Assembly (NCBI RefSeq): GCF_016806735.1
Contig: NZ_CP060530.1
Location: forward strand, 957,839-989,838
Reading direction: 5' to 3'
DNA from: Candidatus Micrarchaeum sp.
GTDB taxonomy: Archaea > Micrarchaeota > Micrarchaeia > Micrarchaeales > Micrarchaeaceae
DNA: 32,000 nucleotides
Of this stretch, positions 14,342 to 22,857 are shown in pieces. Each line of letters begins with the position of its first letter. Position 1 is the stretch's first letter. A model generated the notes under the pieces. That model had not been told where the DNA came from. It ran no database searches and worked only from the letters and a program-made list of their open reading frames with translations. Both the position numbers and the translations under genes were made by a program.

Positions 14342-17184
14342 TTAGTAACGGAATGTTCACAGGTCGCAAAAGCTCCCTGCTTACGCACCCGTCCTATCAA
14401 AGTCGTCTATTGCGACCGCTCCAGTGCCTCGTTTCGGGTTTGGCTTCGTCCTTAGATGCTTTCAGGACTTATCCATTGGGCGCGTAGCTACCCGGCAATG
14501 CTTACACAACCGGTACACCAGTGGCGCCGATCCCTCGTTCCTCTCGTATTAAAGGGGTCTTATCCTCCGGCACTAACACCTCCAGTAGATACTACCGTAC
14601 TGTCTCGCGACGTACTGAACGCAGCTCATGTGAGTTTTTAATGGGCGTACAGCCCAACCCTTGGCGGCTTGTACACTGCCAGGATAACTCAAGCCCATAT
14701 CGATGTATCAATGCGCCAGGTCGATGCGGACTCTCACCGGCGACGAATCGGTTACCTCTAGAGTAACTTGTTTGACAGCTTGGAGCCCCATTAAAAGAGC
14801 TACCAACGTTCGTTAAGCCCCTGTTTCCAGTCTGCGTGTCACGCTTTTCGGCACACAGTCAGCCCTGCATTTGCCTTTATGCTTAACAGCGAGTTCCCAA
14901 CTCGCCTAAGCAGAGCATTGGTCGCTTTCGTTTCCTTATCGAAAGTAACCGTCCAGTCTAACTACCCACCTGCAGCTGTTCCCTCTCGGGTTAGCTGTAC
15001 GGCAAGCTAAGAGTGGTGTTACATTGTCGCTCCACGACCGCCGCAGCGATCGCTTCGACGCTCCCACTTACGCTATGCATAGCAAGCCGGACAACAACAA
15101 CAGGCTGTAGTCAAGCTTCATAGAGACTTCATTTCCCACTGGAGGATCGCGGCATATTCACCGCGCAGTGAGTTCACCGGATCCCAGGTTGGGACAGTGG
15201 AACAATCGTTACGCCATTCATGCAAGTCACCTATTAAGTGACGAGGTATTACGCTACCTCAAGAGAGTCAGAGTTACTCCCGCTCTTTGCCAGCGCTTAC
15301 TCCCCTTGAAAAGGGCATTCACGTACTGGCGGTGAGCAGGCGTCACCCACTGTACTAAGCCTTACGGCTTTGCGGTGAGTTGTGTTTTTGATAAACAGTC
15401 GTTGTTCCCTTGTCAGTGACATCTGCGCATACTATACGCAGACATGGTTTGTTGAAAACTTACACCACGATTTTGCCGAATTCCCTAACCTGGGTTATTC
15501 CGTCACACCTTGGCCTTTTAAGCCAGCAACACTTGTACTAGTTCTAGGTACGGACTAACGCGATCGTTGCAGATTCCCTTTTCACGGGCTCAAGAAATCA
15601 GTCCAACAGTTCATTTAGCTGCTTCTCCTCATAACGAGACTCTGCAGCCCTTTGCACTTTCTTACGGACCTATCCCCAAGCGTCAGAAATCTGCCTTGTG
15701 TTGCCACGCCTACGCGTTAGGGGCTGGAATATTAACCAGCTTCCCTTTTGAGGCAAGGTGATTGGCCTGCCTCTTAGGATCGCCTAACTCTCCGCTGACG
15801 AGCGTTGCGAAGAAAACCGTGTGCTTACGGTGTATGGGATTCTCACCCATATTTGCTGTTACTAACACCAGGATATTCTCTGCAGCATAGTCCATATGTC
15901 CTTCCGGACATACTTCGTGCCATGCCGCACGCCCCCTTACCAGTGCTTATCGCACTCTAGGGTCTCGGTACCTAATTTAGCCCCGTATATTTTCGGCAAG
16001 GTATGCCTCAACTGGTACGCTATTACGCGTTTTTTGAAGGATGGCTGCTTCTGAGCCTACCTCCCAGCTGTCTACGGCATTCCCCACCTTTAACACACTC
16101 AATTAGGATTTGGGGACCTTAACCCTAGTCACTATCTTTGTAGTCTCGCGGTGCTAGCTTACCCAACACCGCCGACTCCTGGGGTCTACACAGCGCATGC
16201 ATTCGGAGTTTGACGAGCGAGGGAGGCCTTTCGACCCCGTACCCGCTAATCGGTAGCTCTACCGCATGTGCAAGCTCGCCCAGAGCTATCCTAAAGATAC
16301 TTCAGAGGGGACCCGCTATTGCCAAGCTCGATAGGTATATCGCCGCTACCCGCGCCTCACCCAACAGGACATGCCATGACAGGTTGCGGACCTCCACCAG
16401 GCGTTAACCTAGCTTCATCCTGGGCGCGCGTAGTTCGCATTGGCTTCGGGTCGTATAAATGTGGCTCTGGCATTTTCATACCATGCGCCTCGAATCTGCG
16501 CGCTATCGCTTTCGCTTCGCCTTTCGACTCGCCACACCTATACACTCCCTGGCTCTTGCTTCAAGAAGAATGATAGGACACTGTTCGCCATTGCCTCGCT
16601 GATACCTTTCGGTACTTCGCTTCGGCATGGTACATTCCTTTCGTGCCCTACCTGCATGTAACCACCTAGTTTCAGATCTTTTCAATCCCACGCGTGTGGG
16701 TTCTTTTCAGCTTTCGCTCGCGCTACTTGTTCGCTATCGGTCTATAGCCAATATTTAGGGTTGGGGTTTAATGCCCCCGTATTCACTCCGCATACTCAAG
16801 CGGATTTACTCGTCTGCAGCAAGTCCATTGCACTACGTCTACGAGGCTGTCACTCTCTTTGGCCGCGCTTTCCAACGCGTTCGACTCATGTTCTGGATCA
16901 ACACTGCGCCACATCTCCACACCTTTTGCAAAGCGGGATTCAGCACGCCCTCTGCGGTTTTCGTTCGCATTACTTACCGCATCGCATTAAGCTTTCTTTT
17001 CCTGCGGGTACTAAGATATTTCAGTTCCCCGCGTATGCATGCCTCTCGGCACGATTCGGCAATCCCGGGTTCAAAGCCTGACTTGCGGCTACCCCGGGCT
17101 TATCGCAGCTTGCCACGGCCTTCATCGCTGCTATAGCCAAGCCATCCTCTAGGTGGCGTAAAAAATTTTAGCAAGCTCTTCTCC
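14317..17184 (-). rRNA. rrl: 23S (LSU) ribosomal RNA, divergent; ends approximate (plus or minus about 20 nt)
   Basis: The minus strand carries LSU landmarks. CAGCGAUGAAGGCCGUGGCAAGCUGCGAUA lies near the 5' end (17101-17130). The sarcin-ricin loop AAUACGAGAGGAAC is at 14537-14550. The A-loop region AAGGGUUGGGCUGUACGCCCAUUAAA is present, as are GAGACAGUACGG and the 3' region UUGAUAGGACGGGUGCGUAAGC. The ends are bracketed by a 17-bp helix, GGAGAAGAGCUUGCUAA/UUAGCAAGCUUUUCUCC. All plus-strand and minus-strand ORFs in this span are treated as spurious. Confidence 0.92.
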
Positions 17185-17338
17185 TCGTTTCAATCGTGAA
17201 AACCACGATCACATAAGTGCCAAAAGCACGGGCATAGATTATAGGTTCTAAGAAACGTATTTTCACAAAGCGGATGCTTTCAAATACAGGAGCCTACATA
17301 AGCTCATGCTAGCATAAAGGACACCGCAATTATTTTAG

Positions 17339-17355
17339 CTATAAACCTTTAAATA
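17339..17355 (-). promoter_or_regulatory. candidate 23S rRNA promoter (two TATA-like boxes)
   Basis: The minus strand reads GGTATTTAAAGGTTTATAGC, about 155-170 nt upstream of the terminal helix. The leader contains hairpins GUGC-UUUUG-GCAC and AUCGUG-GUUUU-CACGAU. Confidence 0.4.
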
Positions 17356-17360
17356 CCTTG

Positions 17361-17555
17361 CTACACGCGCGGAGAAAGCGGAAGCGCAGCCAGAGAGCAT
17401 ATGCCAGAGACATTGTCTATTTTTGCTTGGTTGAAGTACTGCAGAACTTGTGTTTTGTTTGGGTTCTGTATAAATGTGCTGCATGCGAAGAAGTAATTGA
17501 TTAAAAGAAAAATTATAAGCGTAGGAACCAGTATCAACAAAATATTCGCTTTCAT
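17361..17555 (-). CDS. small hypothetical membrane protein
   Basis: 64-aa ORF with one N-terminal TM helix. Its start lies 3 nt after the stop of the upstream gene, in a low-GC segment. Coding status is uncertain. Confidence 0.3.
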   Translation of the reverse strand: MKANILLILVPTLIIFLLINYFFACSTFIQNPNKTQVLQYFNQAKIDNVSGICSLAALPLSPRV

Positions 17556-17558
17556 AGG

Positions 17559-18104
17559 TTAACCCTTTCTTATTATTGTTATGGCGACAGCGTCCACAAC
17601 GTTACGAGTTCCGTTTTTTGTATAAAAATTTGCGAATAATGCACCTTTGAATGTAGTGTTTGGACTTAAATGAACTGGGCCAGTGCTGTTGTAGCATTGA
17701 ATATCTGATGCGCGTACAGTTACATTGTATGGCATGGTTGAGTTTGTAGTATTCAGAACACTACTGCCGAATTTGGTAAAACTGGCTATCGTGCTATTGT
17801 AACTGGTACACAGGAAACTGACGTTGTATATTTCTGGGTATGTTACCTTTTGTCTAAGGTTTAACGATATTTGCCCAGTTGGAGAATAATTTACATTTTG
17901 TGAACAGATAAACATTTGTGAGAAGCAGTGGTAGCCAGATAAAGATGTTATATGTCCACTATTGTTATTGAAACCTAAAAGTATTATAAATAAGATTAGA
18001 GAAGCCAACAAAATTGCTATTAAAGTGGATATGAGTAAGTATTTTAATATGGCAGCGTATTTGTTAGATTGCGTGGTTTCTTTTTTATCTTTGGAATTTT
18101 TCAT
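17559..18104 (-). CDS. hypothetical membrane-anchored extracellular protein, sequon-rich
   Basis: 181 aa. A basic N-terminus and one TM helix are followed by a 130-aa domain with about 10 N-x-S/T sequons and 4 Cys. The segment is AT-rich relative to its neighbours. Confidence 0.55.
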   Translation of the reverse strand: MKNSKDKKETTQSNKYAAILKYLLISTLIAILLASLILFIILLGFNNNSGHITSLSGYHCFSQMFICSQNVNYSPTGQISLNLRQKVTYPEIYNVSFLCTSYNSTIASFTKFGSSVLNTTNSTMPYNVTVRASDIQCYNSTGPVHLSPNTTFKGALFANFYTKNGTRNVVDAVAITIIRKG

Positions 18105-18172
18105 ATAATTTTCTATCCCTATCTAAATACGTTTAATGATTATTTTATTTATAATAGGATATTTAATCAATT

Positions 18173-18216
18173 TCTATCATTGCAATATAACAATACAGTA
18201 ATATTGGAATGATAGA
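18173..18216. promoter_or_regulatory. 16-bp-arm inverted repeat (one mismatch) with 12-nt spacer
   Basis: TCTATCATTGCAATAT-N12-ATATTGGAATGATAGA. It lies between the stop of the PadR-TRASH gene and the start of the 181-aa gene, so it could be an operator or a terminator hairpin. Confidence 0.5.
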
Positions 18217-18288
18217 TTGGCAAAAAAAGAGAATATGCTATATTTTGTTAGGGATATGGCAATAAGTACGGGTACGTTTTCATTATCC

Positions 18289-18726
18289 TCACACACCTTT
18301 ATAGGTATATGCATTTGCACAGCTTTTGCAACAGAACGTGAGTTTTTTGCCTTTTATCGTTCTTGTCTCACCACCCTTATATATCTCGCACCCGCAATGC
18401 GCACACGTGATTAATCGCGAGCGCATATAGACGTCTATTATTTCGCCAAACTTTGAATCTAAGCTACTTACAAAGTCCCTACCGCTCGCAGTAAGCCTGT
18501 AGTCAGTGCGTTGCCTTGTACCAGATCTGGTCTTAGAGATATAGCCTCTTGCTTCCAGTTGCCTAAGAAACGGGTATACTTGGCTGGGACTTAATTTCTT
18601 TCCAGTTCTGCTCTTCATATGCTTTATTATCTCGTATCCGTGCACCGGACCGTTCTCAAGCAGTAGCATTATCAGCAATTTTGTGATGCTCTCTATCCTT
18701 ATGTTTTTTGATTTCGTTCCGTACAC
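18289..18726 (-). CDS. PadR-family winged-helix regulator fused to a C-terminal TRASH metal-binding domain (putative copper sensor)
   Basis: The N-terminus LLIMLLLENGPVHGYEIIKHMKSRTGKKLSPSQVYPFLRQLEARGYI is PadR-like. The C-terminus CAHCGCEI-x(17)-FCCKSC fits the TRASH cysteine pattern. The gene is divergent from the cop genes. Confidence 0.8.
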   Translation of the reverse strand: MYGTKSKNIRIESITKLLIMLLLENGPVHGYEIIKHMKSRTGKKLSPSQVYPFLRQLEARGYISKTRSGTRQRTDYRLTASGRDFVSSLDSKFGEIIDVYMRSRLITCAHCGCEIYKGGETRTIKGKKLTFCCKSCANAYTYKGV

Positions 18727-18777
18727 CTTTATCTTTTAGGTATTATAATAAACATTTATAAATATATCTGTTAAAGG

Positions 18778-18799
18778 ATATATCTAAAATAAGATATAT
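18778..18799. promoter_or_regulatory. perfect palindrome ATATATCT-N6-AGATATAT, candidate operator
   Basis: Ends 9 nt upstream of the TRASH chaperone ATG, inside the divergent promoter region. A third ATATATCT copy is at 18762-18769 and a TTTATAAATA TATA box is adjacent. Confidence 0.45.
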
Positions 18800-18808
18800 G
18801 GTGTAACC

Positions 18809-18952
18809 ATGGTAAAAGATGTGGTGTGCGGAATGGGAGTCGACGAGAAGAAGGCATTGTTCGTTTCGTTCAATGGTAAGAAGTATTTCTTCTGCAGCAA
18901 GGCATGCGAGGAAAAGTTTAGTGCCAATCCTGAAAAGTATTCAGGCAATTGA
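18809..18952 (+). CDS. small TRASH/YHS-domain metal-binding protein (copper chaperone-like)
   Basis: 47 aa, below the ORF-track cut-off: MVKDVVCGMGVDEKKALFVSFNGKKYFFCSKACEEKFSANPEKYSGN. It has the C-G-M...FCS-x2-C pattern and lies upstream of copA. Confidence 0.75.
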   Translation: MVKDVVCGMGVDEKKALFVSFNGKKYFFCSKACEEKFSANPEKYSGN

Positions 18953-19007
18953 TACAAAACTTAAGGTTGTTGGTGCGTTTGCATGAAGATATTTGGTAAG
19001 CAATTAT

Positions 19008-19403
19008 ATGTACAGTGGTAGTATGGCATCGCATAGGCGTGAAAAGACTACGGAAAAGCCGACAGCCGCTTACATGCTCGTTTTCATAGGTGGAATGTTC
19101 GTGCTTGCCGGAGGGATATTGACAGCAATATTCGGGAGTTTCTGGGGCTTCATGATGTTTCGTGGCTTCTATTACGGTGCATTCTCGCTTGTTTGGATGA
19201 TAGGCATCGTTTCAGGCGCAATGATGATTGTTGCTGCTTCAAGGTTCAACGTCACGAAAAGGCACGAAATAGCAACATGGTCTGCAGTGGCCCTGATATT
19301 CACGGTGCTTAGCGTGGCTGACATGGGGGGCTTCGGCATAGGATTTATTTTAGGGCTCATAGGCAGCATATTGGGCCTTGCCTCTGGCTCCAATAGACAA
19401 TGA
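19008..19403 (+). CDS. hypothetical 4-TM membrane protein inside the cop cluster
   Basis: Hydrophobic, Gly-rich helices. The track start at 18993 is a TTG, so the first ATG at 19008 is preferred (19023 is also possible). The gene ends 18 nt before copA. Confidence 0.55.
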   Translation: MYSGSMASHRREKTTEKPTAAYMLVFIGGMFVLAGGILTAIFGSFWGFMMFRGFYYGAFSLVWMIGIVSGAMMIVAASRFNVTKRHEIATWSAVALIFTVLSVADMGGFGIGFILGLIGSILGLASGSNRQ

Positions 19404-19421
19404 AATGGTTTGTGTGTTTGA

Positions 19422-21482
19422 ATGGCTAACGATCCAATATGCGGAATGTATGTGGACGAAAGCAGCGACAGCATAACCAGCGAAAGGAACGGCCTCAAAT
19501 ACTATTTCTGCAGTGGCTCGTGCAAGTTAAAGTTCGAGAGGCCTGAGAAAGAGTTCAATGCCCTTAAAAGGTCCTTGGCTATATCGTGGCCGATATCGCT
19601 AGCCGTGCTCGCGATAACATACCTACTCCATTTTCCATACTATCTTTATGTCCTGCTCGTGCTTTCCGGCATAGTGCAGTTCTATCCCGGTCTGAAATTT
19701 TACAGAGGGTTTGTAGATGCTGTAAAAAACAGGGGCACCAACATGGACATGCTCATAGCGATAGGCACCAGCGCGGCGTGGTTGTATAGCGCTGCCGTAG
19801 TGCTGGCTCCGCACGCGAGCATGGTAAGCAACGTCTACTTCGATTCCTCCTCGCTGATAATAGCACTTATCCTTACGGGAGACTACCTGCAGCACCTTGC
19901 GGAAAAGAGCGCGACTTCAGCACTCGACAGGCTGCTCAGGCTCCAGCCCAGCGTAGTGCACAGGCTGGAGGGTGCAGGCATAAAGGATATAGATGCAAAG
20001 AGCATAAGGGTTGGGGATATGCTTTTGGTAAAGCCTGGAGAAAAAATTCCAGCAGACGGCATAGTCACAGAAGGCGCAAGTGAAGTTGACGAATCCGCAA
20101 TAAGCGGGGAGAGCATGCCTGTGCTGAAAGAGCGCGGCTCCAATCTCATAGGGGCAACGGTAAACGGCACAGGCTCCCTGACAATGCAGGTAAGGCAAGC
20201 TGGAGCAGATACGACCCTTTCAAAGATAATAGCGATAGTCGAGGCCGCCGCATCGAAAAGGGTGAGGATACAGAAGCTTGCTGACACGGTATCCTCATAT
20301 TTCGTGCCACTGGTGATAGGCATTGCAGTAGCATCAAGCCTTGGGTGGTTTCTCTTCGGGTCATCGGGCCTAAGCATCGCAGTTCTTGTTTTCGTAAGCG
20401 TTGTAATAATAGCATGCCCATGTGCTTTCGGCATAGCCACCCCTGCAGCGTTGCTTGTGGGATCGGGCAAGGCCTCGGAGAACGGGATACTGATAAAGAG
20501 CGGGGATGTGATAGAGCTCTCAAGAAAAATAAACGCCATAATACTAGACAAGACTGGGACGATAACCACAGGAAAGCTCTCGGTATCAGGCGTAGCAGTT
20601 AGGGCAAAGATTACTGAAACGGAATTGCTTTACTATGCGGCATCAGCTGAGATGAAGTCGGAACACCCGATAGCGAAAGCAATGCTAAAGCGCGCCGCGG
20701 ATTTGGGCATAAGACTTACAATGCCCGCTGATTTCTCTTATACTGCAGGCAGCGGCATATCTGCAACCATCAACGGAAAGAGGGTAAGGATAGGCAATGA
20801 GAAGATGCTGCCCAAATTCACTGGAAAAGGCGACAATATCCTTGCAGCCATGCACGAAGGAAGCACTATCGTGTCGGTGGAAATCGACGGCAATACTGCC
20901 GGATATATTGGGGTTTCAGACAGCATAAGAGAAGACGCCAAAGAGGCCATATCAAAGCTCAGGTCATTGGGCATAGAAGTATGGATGGTCACAGGGGACA
21001 ACGAGAAAGTGGCGCGGCACGTGGCATCGGAGGTTGGCATAGACAACGTCATCGCCGGCGCCTCGCCCTTGGACAAAGCCGAAGCCGTGAAGAAACTACA
21101 GGCGCGCGGTTTAAAAGTGGCAGTAGTGGGCGACGGTATAAACGATGCCCCTGCACTGTCACAAGCCGATATGGGTATAGCCATAGGCGCAGGGACGGAC
21201 ATTGCAATGGAATCTGGTCAAGTGGTGCTGATGAAGAGCAGAATAAACGACATACCGAAGCTCTTCATGCTCTCGTCAAAAATCCTTTCCAAGATAAAAC
21301 AGAACCTTGCGTGGGCATTTGGCTATAACATAGTCTTGCTGCCGATCGCGGCTGGCGTCCTTGTGCCAGCGCTAGGCTTTTCGGTATACGACTCCCTGCC
21401 GATACTGTCAGCTTTCGCAATGGCTCTTAGTTCGACAATAGTTGTAAGCAATTCGCTGCTGCTGAAAAGGGTAAGGCTATGA
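19422..21482 (+). CDS. copA: copper-translocating P1B-type ATPase with N-terminal TRASH/YHS domain
   Basis: 686 aa with CPC in a TM helix (ACPCAFGIATP), DKTGT, TGD, GDGINDAP and MVTGDN. The N-terminus ICGMYVD...YYFCSGSC replaces the usual HMA domain. Confidence 0.95.
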   Translation: MANDPICGMYVDESSDSITSERNGLKYYFCSGSCKLKFERPEKEFNALKRSLAISWPISLAVLAITYLLHFPYYLYVLLVLSGIVQFYPGLKFYRGFVDAVKNRGTNMDMLIAIGTSAAWLYSAAVVLAPHASMVSNVYFDSSSLIIALILTGDYLQHLAEKSATSALDRLLRLQPSVVHRLEGAGIKDIDAKSIRVGDMLLVKPGEKIPADGIVTEGASEVDESAISGESMPVLKERGSNLIGATVNGTGSLTMQVRQAGADTTLSKIIAIVEAAASKRVRIQKLADTVSSYFVPLVIGIAVASSLGWFLFGSSGLSIAVLVFVSVVIIACPCAFGIATPAALLVGSGKASENGILIKSGDVIELSRKINAIILDKTGTITTGKLSVSGVAVRAKITETELLYYAASAEMKSEHPIAKAMLKRAADLGIRLTMPADFSYTAGSGISATINGKRVRIGNEKMLPKFTGKGDNILAAMHEGSTIVSVEIDGNTAGYIGVSDSIREDAKEAISKLRSLGIEVWMVTGDNEKVARHVASEVGIDNVIAGASPLDKAEAVKKLQARGLKVAVVGDGINDAPALSQADMGIAIGAGTDIAMESGQVVLMKSRINDIPKLFMLSSKILSKIKQNLAWAFGYNIVLLPIAAGVLVPALGFSVYDSLPILSAFAMALSSTIVVSNSLLLKRVRL

Positions 21483-21567
21483 CGTAAACTTCGGCAATTG
21501 GAGCTGTATTCAACCAGCCTCTTTCTGTTGGGGTGTATTGTATACGTTTCAATGCAAAATCACTCTT

Positions 21568-22413
21568 TCAAATCCTGTTTATATAGCTTTTTAACTCGCT
21601 TTTCGAAAGGAATTCCCAAAAATCCTCGTTGTCTGCGACTTCTGCATACTTCGGGATTATTTCGTTTAGCCTTTTTGCCATTTCCGGGCTGCAAGCACCT
21701 TTTAGCTGGTCCATGTATGTCCCCCTTGCATTTGGCTTTTCCAAGCCGAGCCTTTTCGTGAGTAAGCCATAAGGTGCGAAATACCTCAAAACAGCTTCTT
21801 CAAATTGGCGTTTGTTTTTATCTGCAATGACGTTATATCTGGAAAACAAGCAGTGCAGCAATTCGTGCAACAATACAGAAGCGGGCTCATTCCTGTCCTT
21901 TTTCAGCGCAAGTTCCCCTATCCTGTAGCCGATTACGCTTATGTCTTTATTTGTCGCCAACTTTTGCCCGTGAGAACCTGTTTTTATGTTGTGCTTGTCA
22001 AGTATTATTACAAGCCTTTTTGGTAGATCCATTTCGAATATTTCCCAGATGCTCTTTTCTATCTCTTCCATTTTTTGTGAGAAGGAATTACTTATAGTTC
22101 CCTTTAATTCGTTGAAGAAATCGTCGTTTTCTTTTTCTAGATGCACGTCAAGATTGTCGAGCATGGAAACTATTTCTGCGTATTCGGGCTTTTCTATTTC
22201 CTTTTCCGGATTTTCATCGAAGCATACATCCCATATGGATTGCTTTTTGGGTATCGAGACTGAAGCTTCGAATATCCTGCTTGAGAGATAGACATCCTTG
22301 CCAAAGAAAGAAGGGAACTCCTTTACGGGTTCTGGAAGGCTACCCTGACCAAACATGCTGAAAATAGCATCAAGCTTCCTGAACCTGTCGTCAGTAATGA
22401 ATTTTATTTCCAA
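21568..22413 (-). CDS. hypothetical protein with HExxH zinc-metallopeptidase motif
   Basis: 281 aa. LLHELLHCLF is followed 19 residues later by QFEEAV, a gluzincin-like spacing. No family recognised. The GC content is lower than in the neighbours. Confidence 0.55.
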   Translation of the reverse strand: MEIKFITDDRFRKLDAIFSMFGQGSLPEPVKEFPSFFGKDVYLSSRIFEASVSIPKKQSIWDVCFDENPEKEIEKPEYAEIVSMLDNLDVHLEKENDDFFNELKGTISNSFSQKMEEIEKSIWEIFEMDLPKRLVIILDKHNIKTGSHGQKLATNKDISVIGYRIGELALKKDRNEPASVLLHELLHCLFSRYNVIADKNKRQFEEAVLRYFAPYGLLTKRLGLEKPNARGTYMDQLKGACSPEMAKRLNEIIPKYAEVADNEDFWEFLSKSELKSYINRI

Positions 22414-22518
22414 TTTAAAACCAGGATTTCTATACGCCCATTTACTTAGGTTTTAGATTTATTATTAATTTATATCCGTAGCGTTTGGGTTTTCACATTT
22501 TAAACAATGGGAGAAAAA

Positions 22519-22773
22519 TCAGCTGACGCCTTCCCTGTCGACGTTGCCGCATTTAATGCATGTGTACATTACCAATGGGGCTTCGTCTCCATAGACTATC
22601 CCGTGATAGTACATTATTGCCTTGTCGTAGCCGCACTTGCTGCACTCGTGCTCGGCCAAGCCAAGTATCTCGGTCTTGTAGCCGCATGCGTTGCACTGGT
22701 AGAAAGGCTTCCCGTCCTCTTCGACGAAATGCATGTTGGTGCCGCACTTGGGGCATATGTTTGAAGTAGCCAT
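22519..22773 (-). CDS. TFS / RNAP subunit M-like double zinc-ribbon protein with very short linker
   Basis: 84 aa. The N-terminal ribbon is CPKCG-x15-CNACG and the C-terminal ribbon is CSKCG-x24-CIKCG. YGDEAP sits at the position of the TFS acidic loop (SADEP). The linker is only about 8 aa. Confidence 0.6.
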   Translation of the reverse strand: MATSNICPKCGTNMHFVEEDGKPFYQCNACGYKTEILGLAEHECSKCGYDKAIMYYHGIVYGDEAPLVMYTCIKCGNVDREGVS

Positions 22774-22827
22774 GCAAATAGTATTTTTCCGCAGATATAT
22801 TTATCGATTGCTGTGGCTGAGGATATG

Positions 22828-22847
22828 AAAACAAAAAAGAATAAAAA
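22828..22847 (-). terminator. oligo-U tracts downstream of L24e
   Basis: The minus-strand RNA has U5 at 11 nt after the stop, then U6 and U4, consistent with archaeal oligo-T termination. Confidence 0.45.
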
Positions 22848-22857
22848 TGAGAATAAG

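Noticed and set aside
14456-17136. About a dozen 60-120-aa ORFs on both strands (for example 14521..14766, 16761..17081, 16771..17136, 15710..15895).
   Set aside because: All lie inside the 23S rRNA gene. Their compositions are rich in Arg, Ser, Pro and Cys, and no protein motifs are present, so they are treated as spurious.
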